A stretch of DNA of 64,000 nucleotides from Bugula neritina (taxonomy: Eukaryota; Animalia; Bryozoa), in NCBI GenBank assembly GCA_964035545.1, contig OZ037765.1, positions 20,398,995 to 20,462,994 on the forward strand, read 5' to 3'. The stretch's first letter is position 1; each line of letters starts with the position of its first letter. The notes below the pieces were generated by a model. That model was not told the DNA's origin. It made no database searches and worked only from the letters and a program-made list of their open reading frames with translations. The translations under genes were made by a program, and so were the position numbers. This document shows positions 24,436-43,500 of this stretch, piece by piece.

Positions 24436-25020
24436 TACAAATTAAAAATGATGAATGCTTCATTTTTTGTCAGAAAAGCAAAAATAAATGCTGGTGTTCA
24501 GCTCAAACACATTGAGATGATGGAAAAGAAGCTTCAGCCTAGTATCTACCCTATAAGGTAAGTAGCCATGAAAACCTATAACATAGCTCAGGGTTCGTTT
24601 TCCAGTAATGAAGAAAACCTATTTACCGGAGTTCTACTCAAAAGAATTGTCATAAGCTTAGCTGATGCTAGAAACTTTGAAGGTATTTATGACAGAAACC
24701 CTTACAATTTTCAGCACTCTAATTTAAAATACTGCAGCTTGCTTATTGATGGCAAATCACATCCCAATAAATCACTGGTATCATATTTTAGAAATCGAAA
24801 CACTCTGAGGAATTATTTCACTTTGTTTGAATCTACGGGTAAAGCATTTCAAGACGTGAGTACTGATATCTCTAGAGAAGATTATATAGCAGGCGGCTAC
24901 GCCTTGATTTGCTTCGGCCTCACCCCTGACCTCCAAGAAAATGGTTGTTTTCACCTTATAAGAAAAGGGAATATATGGCTCGAATTAAAATTCTCTGAAG
25001 CACTGCAGAACCCTGTCATC
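24436..25020 (+). pseudogene. C-terminal half of a Polinton/Maverick major capsid protein (paralogue 2)
   Basis: YKLKMMNASFFVRKAKINAGVQLKH...YPIR*VAMKTYNI...ENLFTG..LKRIVI...F.G.YDRNPYNFQH...ISREDY..GY.L..F.LTPD....CFHLIRKGNI.LELKFSEAL matches the recognisable pattern of animal Maverick capsid proteins; single frame, one stop. Confidence 0.9.
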
Positions 25021-25165
25021 CGAGTGAACACTGGGTAGCTATCTACAAAACAGCGTACAACAAAGGAATATACTTTGACAGCTATGGGTCTCCCCCATTC
25101 AATTTAGAAGAAGTTGCAACGGTGTTAGATACATGTAAAGAATGGGAGTACAACTCTGAACTTGT
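25011..25165 (+). pseudogene. Adenain-type (adenovirus-like) maturation protease fragment fused to the capsid fragment by deletion
   Basis: PCHPSEHWVAIYKTAYNKGIYFDSYGSPP carries the catalytic HW and FDSYG motifs; truncated before the catalytic Cys. Confidence 0.85.
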
Positions 25166-25390
25166 TATATATGAAATTATTTAATATTGTTACTATATTA
25201 TGATTATCAAATATAGGTGCATGCTTACCCAACACTGCCAAAAGTGCAAAGTTGTTAACTCAAAGCAAACTTCTTATCTTGTATAACATTTCGTTACCTA
25301 CAGCTCTCTATGCTCTTTTACTGTTCTGTAGTAAACACTCTATAACAGAGAGTATTAATGATTGTTTGTGTGATATGGTGGCGGTGGTGT

Positions 25391-25700
25391 GGCCCGGCCA
25401 CACGCTCACGAGAATCACACGAAATCGTCTATTTGACACGAAAACTCAAACGTACAATCAAATTTGAGAAAATTCAAACAAAATCATTTTTGTTGGGTGC
25501 ACACTGCACCCAACAAAAACGATAAGCACCATTTGATTGGTCAATAGAATTTTAGCAACAGTAATTATTTCATTTTTACCACGCTCTCTGTTTGGCAATT
25601 TTCTGCTGTTGATCTGTATTTCGTGCAAGACTCATTCAGGGACTATTTATTATTTATTATTTATTATATGTGTTTCGTCCGACGAGTGTGTGGCTGTTCA
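25391..25700. mobile_element. Non-autonomous TIR element (MITE, PIF/Harbinger-like ends) with internal perfect hairpin
   Basis: GGCCCGGCCACACGCTC...GAGTGTGTGGCTG imperfect terminal inverted repeats; internal 15-bp stem at 25487-25519. Confidence 0.5.
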
Positions 25701-25730
25701 TAACCAGAGGATAATATATATATATATATA

Positions 25731-26335
<605 letters not shown>

Positions 26336-29300
26336 TGTTTAGAGTTAGTTACTGCATGCTTGTTAGTCTGAAATAGCAGTGGTAAAAAAGGAATTAATAT
26401 AGTAATTAATTAGAATCAACATCAAATTAATTATGCAAATCTAAAATTAGTTGTACCACTTGGCACTGATTGAATCAGTAGAAATGAGGTAATGCACAGT
26501 GAGGCAACACCTTGCCACATATCTTAAATGGTGGAAAAACAAGCGCAACACCCTCTAGTGGTCCACTGATAAGTAAATGTAATGATGCTCACAAATTACA
26601 ACAGCAACACTAATAAGACTCTTACGGAAGCTGTGCACCATGATACAGGACATACACCTAATTGTTAGAAATGATATATATAATTAATTTAATAGCAGAA
26701 TACACGCACAATACTACCTGTTTATACAATATGAACATGTATTATACCTATATTATAATATACATAGACATCTAGACTGCATGCATACTTTGTGTTGTAA
26801 TAAGTACTTCGTGTAATTTAGTAGAATACGGATAATTTTCATCGCAGTAAATTTCGAATACTAAATGTTATGCAGCCAATCCATTACACTTAGCATATTC
26901 AAAAGTCCTATCTACCTAATAGCAATATAACATAGTTATAATTGCATGCCCGCTACTCACGCAGGACCACAGCGGTGAAAGGTGACCATATAATTAAAAT
27001 TGCACGAAAGTGCGTTATATGCTTCTACTTATAGTTATAGCAATTAATAAAAACATTCAAAAACTACACAAATAAGATAGAAACATGCACACAAGTGAGT
27101 GTCTGCTATAAACATACCGTCAAGGTGAAACACTGTTGCAGCATATTATAGCTCCAGGAGTTTTCTATAGCAGCCAATTCTTTCTTTCCTATAGACTCAC
27201 TGCTGCTAGCCAGCCTACGTTAGTGGCAGTAAGTGAAGCTCTGTCAAGTGTGTGCACCTGCACCCTAACACTAGTCTGGGGACCCGGATGGTAACTTGCA
27301 GTTGGTGATGTGGCGTATATACTTCACGCACCAATGGTTCTGACACTAAGGTGATAAATTACATGGTTCAGGCAGGTTAGTAACTGTGTAATTATTAATG
27401 GCATTGTTACAGGAAATCACATGATGCAGCACAAAATTTGAGGTGTCTAAATAAAGTAAGCAAAAAACAAATATTATATTTTCGCTAATAAATAGGAAAC
27501 TATAGGTACTGAATTGGAACAAAATCAAACATGAAAGCAAATGTCCTTATTCACAGACAAGCAGGTGGAAACTTAAATCAATTCAATCACTACATGCAGC
27601 TTTTCAACTCCCAACTTGATATTTCATTTTCACTCCCATGCCACTCAAAACTTATAAAAATGCCCAGAAAGATAACAAAAAGTATTATGTCTTATATACA
27701 GGTGAATATGAAAAGAGACAGTATTGTTTTGTGTAAACTACAACTTCAATTGGGGAATATAACTATAGGTATAACATGCTAGTTAGGCTAAAATATTTAC
27801 TATATCTCTACCTACAGGTGAAAGACAAGGGATAGGGTACTTGCCCCAGTCCTGTCTATAGTGCTCTATCAGCTTCCTCTTAACTCTTACAATCAAGATA
27901 GTATTACTTGCCACTCTGACTACCCCCATTATAATTCATTCCAAAGCTCCAAAGCTCCAAAGCTAAAATTATTTGTAATATATAGTTTCTTTTTATAATA
28001 TACTTATAATAGACTTAGAATCCTTTACTTTTAACAGTAGCCAATTTGCTCGCAAGTAAAAACCAACATTATATTTTTTTGAAGTAAATACTGCATAGTC
28101 ATTAATTATTTGGAATTATTTTTATAATAAAATGTTATGATAGTTGTGATATGTATATATTGATTACATGGTTGTTACAGTTAAGAAAGACTTCTAGCTG
28201 TTAAGAAAGGAAATTGTCTAATTTGTGTTTTTTATGAATGATCAGAGTCTGTACAGTTTACTCATTTTGCAGACATGAAATAATGTAATCAGCGCATAAC
28301 CTGATATCCTGTAACAACAGAATAACAAGCTGCGACTAAGCTAAATTGTAATGGTATCAAAAGCACAACAGTTTACCTTTACCCTAAATATGGTAGTAAT
28401 ATAAGAGTTTTTGATAAAGATTATCAGAAGAGTCGTTGAACTGTCTAGAATGTATAATTTTCTATTTGCAACCCAGACAAAATTATATTCTGACGTTTCA
28501 AAACTACATGAAATAATAGTGAACTGGTATACTACTACTTGGTATAACAAACTTGGGATAACATATTATTATGTATTATTAGATGTAGCTGCTTGACCAG
28601 GTATGCTAATCACAGAGTATGTATAGGTAAGAATTATGGAACCTGCAGTTTGATTAATCAATAGAATTATTACTTGACAACCAAAAAGGTGCAAATCAAG
28701 ATACATTGAATACTATGGTTCCGTTGGTGCTGCAGGTTTGCCTGCCTCCTTGAGACTTTCAGTGAGATGACTGCTGTAACAGGTTGACGTAACTATAAAT
28801 TTTTATATCTGCTCTGTCATGGTATGTAGACTACTCTGTATCTACAAAATTCAAGAAAGAATGTGGAATACATGTTCTGAAAAACACTGGACCTGTTACC
28901 TGAGAACAGCTGAAATTGAAATATACAAATGAGCTAGGCATAATACTACATGGAAATTGCTTTAAACAAGAAATGCATTAACATACTAAACGTATGATTT
29001 CTAGCTCTTTGAATAATGCAAATATAATATGCTTATAGTATTATACAAGTAGTTGTAGTATAGAAATAATTCTAAGTAAATGTTTTTGTTCAGTGTTGGG
29101 ATTTGTAATTTTAACCTCTTCTTACATGGACATTAATTGGTAAACAAACATGAATAAAACTGGGACGTATATATTTATTTAGTCATACTAACATATAGGC
29201 TTAGATGACATTCAATATTAATTATATACTTGATGAATTATACATATTTGATATAACCTGGTGTTTACTTCACCAATAAAATCTAATATCTACAAAGTCA

Positions 29301-32300
29301 ACACGTGAACAACTAGCACATATTATTATATATTATATAATCTTGTTATAAAAACATATATTCCAGAATATGGGTCATAGTACAGAAATGATGCTGGTAT
29401 AACTTATAATCCTTAAAGATCCATATATGATCAAAGTCAAGAAGTTCTCATCTACAACTCGTTATTTAATCTGAAGCTGCGGGCCAACCAGCAACTTACC
29501 TGGTTGATCAATCGAATTAGAGTCATCGCTAATACCTCGGAAATCCAAAGCACCTCGACTATAAAAAGCAGCACAGAGGCAGCCACAGTTGTCAAACGAT
29601 CGGAGGAACCATGGTGTGTTGAGTTATTGCGTGACACAATTTAGGCTATATTTAACTAAATTAAATAATTAATTTCAGACTGAAGAATTTTATTGTAAGT
29701 AACTTGATCTATTTTTTGTGATGTACTAATTTTTTTATTATTATTATTTATTTTGTTACAGTATAACTTGTACTTGAAGAAGCTATCATTAAATTGAAAA
29801 ATTTAATTTTGAAGTCACATAAATCACACTTGAAGAAATATTGTTGAAATCGAGAATTTATTTGAGTTACATGAGTTGCGTTTGAGGAAACCATCTTGAA
29901 ATCGTTTGATCTTTAAAGTTACATGAAATTTATGTTTAACAGGCTTATCAATTTTGTTGCCAGTATATTATACACAGTAAAATTTCAAAGGATAGCTAGG
30001 ATATATTTATCTTATTTCTTTTGGGTTTGGTTATTATAATAATTTTGCTTGTCTTATAATTTTGTTTTCATATTATTATCAAATAGATATTCTAAAACGT
30101 ATACAAAATTCATAGTTTCATTCATTTCCGGAGAGGTAGGTCTTAAATTTGACTGATGAAATTTATAACCTGAGTGCTACCATTACACAATATACATAGA
30201 ACCACGCATATTGTTTATACATGAATAATATTGCCAAACCAAACCATAAATAAACATTTGTCGAGTGGAGATAACTCCTATTTTTATTCTACAGTTGCTG
30301 TATTGCACACACTAATTTTAAAAGCAAAATTATCAAACAATATCTAAATTATTAATTGTCTCCCTTTGATCAATTCCAGTCAATCAATTATTAGGTGAAA
30401 AATTGTTTTATTCCAATTAATAAGTCTAGGAAAACACCTTTTAATGATTTAATTTAATATATATAAATTTATAATATTATAAAATTTTTCCAAATTTATC
30501 TTATTTTCGTTTGACAGTAGCACACTATAGCAAACAAATTTGTAATGTGAAGTTCAATTCCCCATGGGGGCAAAATTTCTATAACTTACAGTAACATATA
30601 AGTTTACATTAGATAAATTATGGTATAGGGAATATTGCATAACATACCTATTGTATGTATTGAATTTTTGTCCTGCATAAGCACTCTTGTGCTAGTAAAT
30701 TGTATAGCTGTGCGTGTGCGTGTGTGTACACTATATGAGCTTGATGATCGATGTACTTTAAATGCAGTTTAAAAACTTAATGATAGCATCATGTTGTGCA
30801 ATTCAACACATGCATGGCAGGGGCTGATAAACTTCAATACTGTACTGTAAATGGTAATCTGTTTCAGGATTTGTCCCTTCGTCAGCACAGAGCAGAGTTC
30901 CATGGTCAACGCCTTTGCAATAAAAGAAACATATAATTCTACTAAAGCATAAGCCAGCGTGTGAAGCTGCAAAGTTCAAAGATCTTTATATGAAGAGGTA
31001 AATGAACTAGGAGCTGCTCAGCAGTGCCCACTTACTGTAACTAATTTTGTGCATTCTCACTAGTTATTTTTGGTGTCCAAGAAACTTTGAAACACCACCA
31101 AAAGAACAACTATATAAAATATAACATGTTTATTAACATTATTGGAGTGTAAAGTAGCATAAGAGCCATTTAGGAACTCTGCATATAACTACAGTTAAGG
31201 ATCAACTAGTTTGAATACGTTAAGCCAGTCAACAGCATTTGTCGAACAGAGATAACTCCGATAATTTAGATAAATTTATTCCATTTCAAAATATTTGTTC
31301 ACCAATTTGTTTATTTAAATCCTATTTTCTTGGAAAGTTGTTTACTAGCCTCAGCTAAAGCATCCAATAAAGACCTTTTGATAACTTACACAGCTGCATA
31401 TCTATTTTTAGCTGCTCATACATTTCCGGCTATACTGATTATGTAAGAATCTTAGAGAGGATTATGTAACAGCTTGTTGCTTGCATGAGTATTTTTATTT
31501 ATCATATACTTGTTATTGGCTGAATATGGCTGAATATGGTGAGACCATCTCTGGGTAGATATAAGATTATCAGGGAAATATGAAATAGGGCAGACACAGC
31601 TAAAATGTTCCTTCATTTAGTCAGTTTTAGTCAGCCTTCTGTCAGTTTCTAATAACTGTTGTTGAAGTTAGTGCTTCTAAAGTTGTTAGATTTGAAAGAG
31701 AAATAAAGAATTCAACAGACTTTCAACTTTTAATTCAAGTAAGTTTAAATTTCTAGCTTTACTCATTACCGAAAAGTCTACCTACCATGTAGTTGAGGTA
31801 AAATCTACCTGCATGCCCAGATTCTGAAGTTGTTTAATTATAACTGCTCATCTCTCTTGCAGTTAATCTGTGGTTAACATTAAATCTAATTAGGTTGCAG
31901 ATTAACTCAGAGTAGTTGTTAGTTACAGGTGATTAATTTGTTTATCAATGAATTACTGTTGCCTGGCTTACAACTGCTCGCCAGTGCAGATTTAAAAGTG
32001 GGAGCCTATAAAAATTTGATATTAAACTGCATGCATTTGGAGCAGGTTATGGCAGTACCAGAATTATCTTCTCTTGATGCTTCTAATTGTTAATGGGTTT
32101 GGCATCTCAGTTAAATCACCAAGTCTCTGCATATATTACAATAAAGGCTTACAAGCAGTGGTATAGAGGCAAAACTGCTTCTAGCATGCAGCAAATTCCT
32201 CAAACCTCCAACAGCAAGAGACAGATCTAGTTTTATCAAATTAAAATTATTAAATAAGCATCGAAACTACTCAAACAAGACATGAGACTTGATAAATATG

Positions 32301-33174
32301 GTAGCAACAAAGATTATATCTTAAACATTCTCTTACTCACAAGAAATATTTAGGCATGCTTTTTACTATTTCATCTGCCTAGTTTTCTTTTACAAATAGT
32401 TAAAAGTTAGTAGCTAAACAGCTTGCTATACCAATTAGAGATTAATATAAATATTTTAGGCTTTGGCTGGCCTTTGATTTTATAGGCTATACTGTTGTAT
32501 TCTTTAGTTTTTGTTCTTATAAATAATCTTTTATATATAACTAAAATAGCAAACTGTATCTTTTGCATGTGTTTGGCAATTAAAAGCAAAACTTGCAGTT
32601 TGTGATATAATAAGAAAACCGAAGTCAAGCATTGCTTAATGAGCCACTTTTCATTAAAATTATTACCTATAACAAGATAGCATGATTGCCAGTAAATTCC
32701 ACAGAAAATTCCTAATTTTTGCTCAATTTGATTCAGAGTGAACATTTCAAGCAGGTATGAAATTGAAAGGACAATTCCTACAGTTGAACCTGTTTAAATA
32801 TCTGTTCATATGTTTATAAAGGTTATTTAATTTGTAGGCTCTTTATTTAGAGAGAAAATGCATGCAAAATGAAACTGATTATGAGTACAGCAATACTTAT
32901 GGAATACTATTAATATCAAATTACTTTGCAACTATAATGTGTTTCAGCATTTTGTATGTGCAGAACACAATCCATGTCATACAATAATGTGCACGATTGC
33001 AGTAATTTACAAATTATTTATCAATTTTTTTCCTTGCCTATAGGAGCCACTGCAACTCTATATGGCTGCTAAGCTGACCAGTATTAACTTTCACTATTCA
33101 AGGACGTACCTGATTGGCTGAGAAGCATGGCTTCACAGCAGTGCTAAAAGCGTACGAATCTAGTAGTATTTTTG

Positions 33175-33290
33175 TTTTTCTTATCTCATATTCCCCTCTT
33201 TGACTAAAGGTGATAAACCTCAGCTTGTCTGTTAAACAAATAGAGGTGTGATAGATAAGGCTGAAGATTTTAAATCATGTGAGATGTTGC
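33175..33290 (+). promoter_or_regulatory. Conserved GATA-rich upstream element of ANL gene copy 1
   Basis: Alignable to 47865-47975; identical 25-mer AAATAGAGGTGTGATAGATAAGGCT (33238-33262); conserved CTTATC, TGATAA and AGATAA sites; likely 5'UTR exon donor GTAAGT at 33362. Confidence 0.65.
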
Positions 33291-33521
33291 ATGTTGCAGT
33301 TTTTACTTTAGGGTAGATGAACAGACTTGAAAGAACTGATCAGCTATAAGCCTCTTTTAAAGTAAGTAAACTTCAATGTTATTTTCTTTTTATAGCACAA
33401 CACAAAGTTATGCTCTTTTAATGCATCTCAAGCTACATTTTTTAAAGTCTTATTTTATTGTGTAAATGTTTTATTACTCTACAAAACATGCTTTCTCTAT
33501 TGCATAGAAAATTTGACCAGC

Positions 33522-41754
<8,233 letters not shown>

Positions 41755-42237
41755 AGCAATAGAGAACTAATCTAACGTAAGCATAACACAGGTGAAAATC
41801 CCATGCGCTCTAAAATAAAACTATATATGCTTTCCCAAGATTGAAAAGTTGGTAACTAATGTGGTGTGTTTATTTAATTCGTGATAGCATCAGCCTAACA
41901 CAGTTGGACACGATTTGCTTTTCTAATGATTTCTTTGAAATTAAGCCCTGCTATACAAATCATAATTATTTATATATTTATTTTAATTTTATAGGAAAAA
42001 TAAAACAAGGTTTTCCTTACTATAATGTTATGTTTAACAACTAGTATGCAGGCTTTCTGCTCTTGAAACACTGTATGTAAATAAACCAGTTCCATATTTG
42101 CTAATTTTGAAAATATGGCAGTGCATGTAAAATAATTGATAAGATATTGAATTAAGGTCATTTTTAGACTAGTGACTTTGCTAATAAATTTGGCACTTGA
42201 AAAGATTAATTTCAACTGCAAGCAGCTGGTGATGTAG

Positions 42238-42287
<50 letters not shown>

Positions 42288-42409
42288 CACGAGCCACTCA
42301 CGCACAGTTAGTATTATTGGAACCCTGCAGTGCAATGAACATATAAGTATTTGCTCTGTTTTTTAATTGTATATGTACTGCTTGAACATCTATGTCAACA
42401 TATTTTTGT

Positions 42410-42780
42410 TTAGAAGTTACCATTTCTGTTAGACTTATGCTGGTATTGGCTACCTACACTATAGTACAGATCAACCTACTATAAATTATTACTATATTTC
42501 TAAAAATTATTGTGACATTTGATAAAGTTGAAAACTAAAAATTTGAATTTGAGCTTTTAAAGTATTTTTAACAAATTTATAGGTACATAATAGTTTTAAC
42601 TCACTCACCAGTGCAACTCTTTTAAATTTTAAACAAACTAGAAAAAATACATTTGGTCCAATGCATGATGATCTTTAAAATGTGGAATTAAACATTATTT
42701 ATCTTAAATAGGTATGCTTTTTCATAGTAACTCTAACAGCACAAACGCCTATGCTCAGGGCACAGATTATTGCTTATTGT
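42410..42780 (+). repeat. Dispersed ~370-bp repeat; diverged direct copy at ~45710-46070
   Basis: Shared blocks CCATTTCTGTTAGACTT, TTTGATAAA, TTTAAAGTATTTT, ATGATCT, TCTTAAATA and TATTGCTTATTGT occur in the same order in both copies. Confidence 0.65.
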
Positions 42781-42807
42781 TGGGCAAGAGATCATGCTTC
42801 CTTCTCA

Positions 42808-43016
42808 GCCTAGCAGGAGCTTCTCTGCCTAGCAGGAGCTTCTCCGCCTAGCAGGAGCTTCTCCGCCTAGCAGGAGCTTCTCCGCCTAGCAGGAGCTTCT
42901 CCGCCTAGCAGGAGCTTCTCCGCCTAGCAGGAGCTTCTCCGCCTAGCAGGAGCTTCTCCGCCTAGCAGGAGCTTCTCCGCCTAGCAGGAGCTTCTCCACC
43001 TAGCAGGAGCTTCTCC
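42808..43016. repeat. 19-bp minisatellite (GCCTAGCAGGAGCTTCTCC) x11
   Basis: Directly visible, near-perfect head-to-tail units with no spacers. Confidence 0.97.
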
Positions 43017-43149
43017 GGTTTTGGCTGACTCTACTGTGTTGCCTTCATGGTTGGATGCTTCAGGCTGGTTCAAGGGCTGCAAACTGATAGAAGGATTTGT
43101 TAATGAAGAGGCTGCTGTCTGGTCAATGGCTGACCAAGGTTCTGTCATC

Positions 43150-43500
43150 AGACGCGGTAATTGCCAAAATACCACTTCATAAGGTGATTTGCCTGTTGTA
43201 CTGACAGCCGATTTCATGGCATATGTGATGTAAGAAAGACCTTCAACCCACCCATTCTCTGGATATTCTTCTAGCTATTTTCTCAACCTCAGTTGCAAAT
43301 CTCCATTGCTTATCTCCATGAAGCCCTGAGATTGGAAATGTCTAGGCTGTTCATGGGTGATAGCAAGGCCTGGCAACTTCTTGGTGACTTCACTGATGAC
43401 TCCAGCAATAAGCTCTTTGTCATTGTCTGAGTGCAAAATTCGTGGTGCTCCAAACAGGCCAAAGGCCAGTGGTATGCTTGGATAGCAAGGGATGAGCCCA
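43150..43500 (-). mobile_element. Ginger/KRBA2-SCAND3-like DDE integrase remnant
   Basis: Minus strand reads FGAPRILHSDNDKEL...ITHEQPRHFQSQGFMEISNGDL...GWVEGLSYITYAM...TGKSPYEVVF, matching the SDNGxEF / PRHPQSQGxVERxN / SPYExxF rve-integrase pattern; contains a stop. Confidence 0.85.

Larger units (their letters stand above)
11200..25165. mobile_element. Composite, decayed endogenous Polinton/Maverick (adintovirus-like) locus
   Basis: Contains protein-primed PolB, double-jelly-roll-type major capsid fragments, an adenain-like protease fragment, AGTAGT-type termini and spliced accessory genes. Left boundary uncertain (11.2-13.2 kb); right boundary is where protease homology stops (~25165). 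Confidence 0.85.

Noticed and set aside
11200-25165. Intact, autonomous Maverick/virus
   Set aside because: Every core gene is truncated or has stops; no integrase, ATPase or minor capsid recognised; the two termini face outwards and do not enclose one element; no TSD pair found
29494-29509. Matches to the 18S rRNA 5' end (TACCTGGTTGATC) and U1 snRNA 5' end (ACTTACCTGG)
   Set aside because: Similarity stops after 10-13 nt; better explained as a minus-strand splice donor or chance
42808-43016. CRISPR-like array
   Set aside because: Head-to-tail 19-bp units with no unique spacers, no cas genes, eukaryotic context; the same applies to the 30-bp array at 16258-16395
43150-43500. This integrase as the missing Polinton integrase
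   Set aside because: It lies 18 kb away beyond a host gene, and its motifs (PRHxQSQG, SPYEVVF) fit Ginger/KRBA2-type elements
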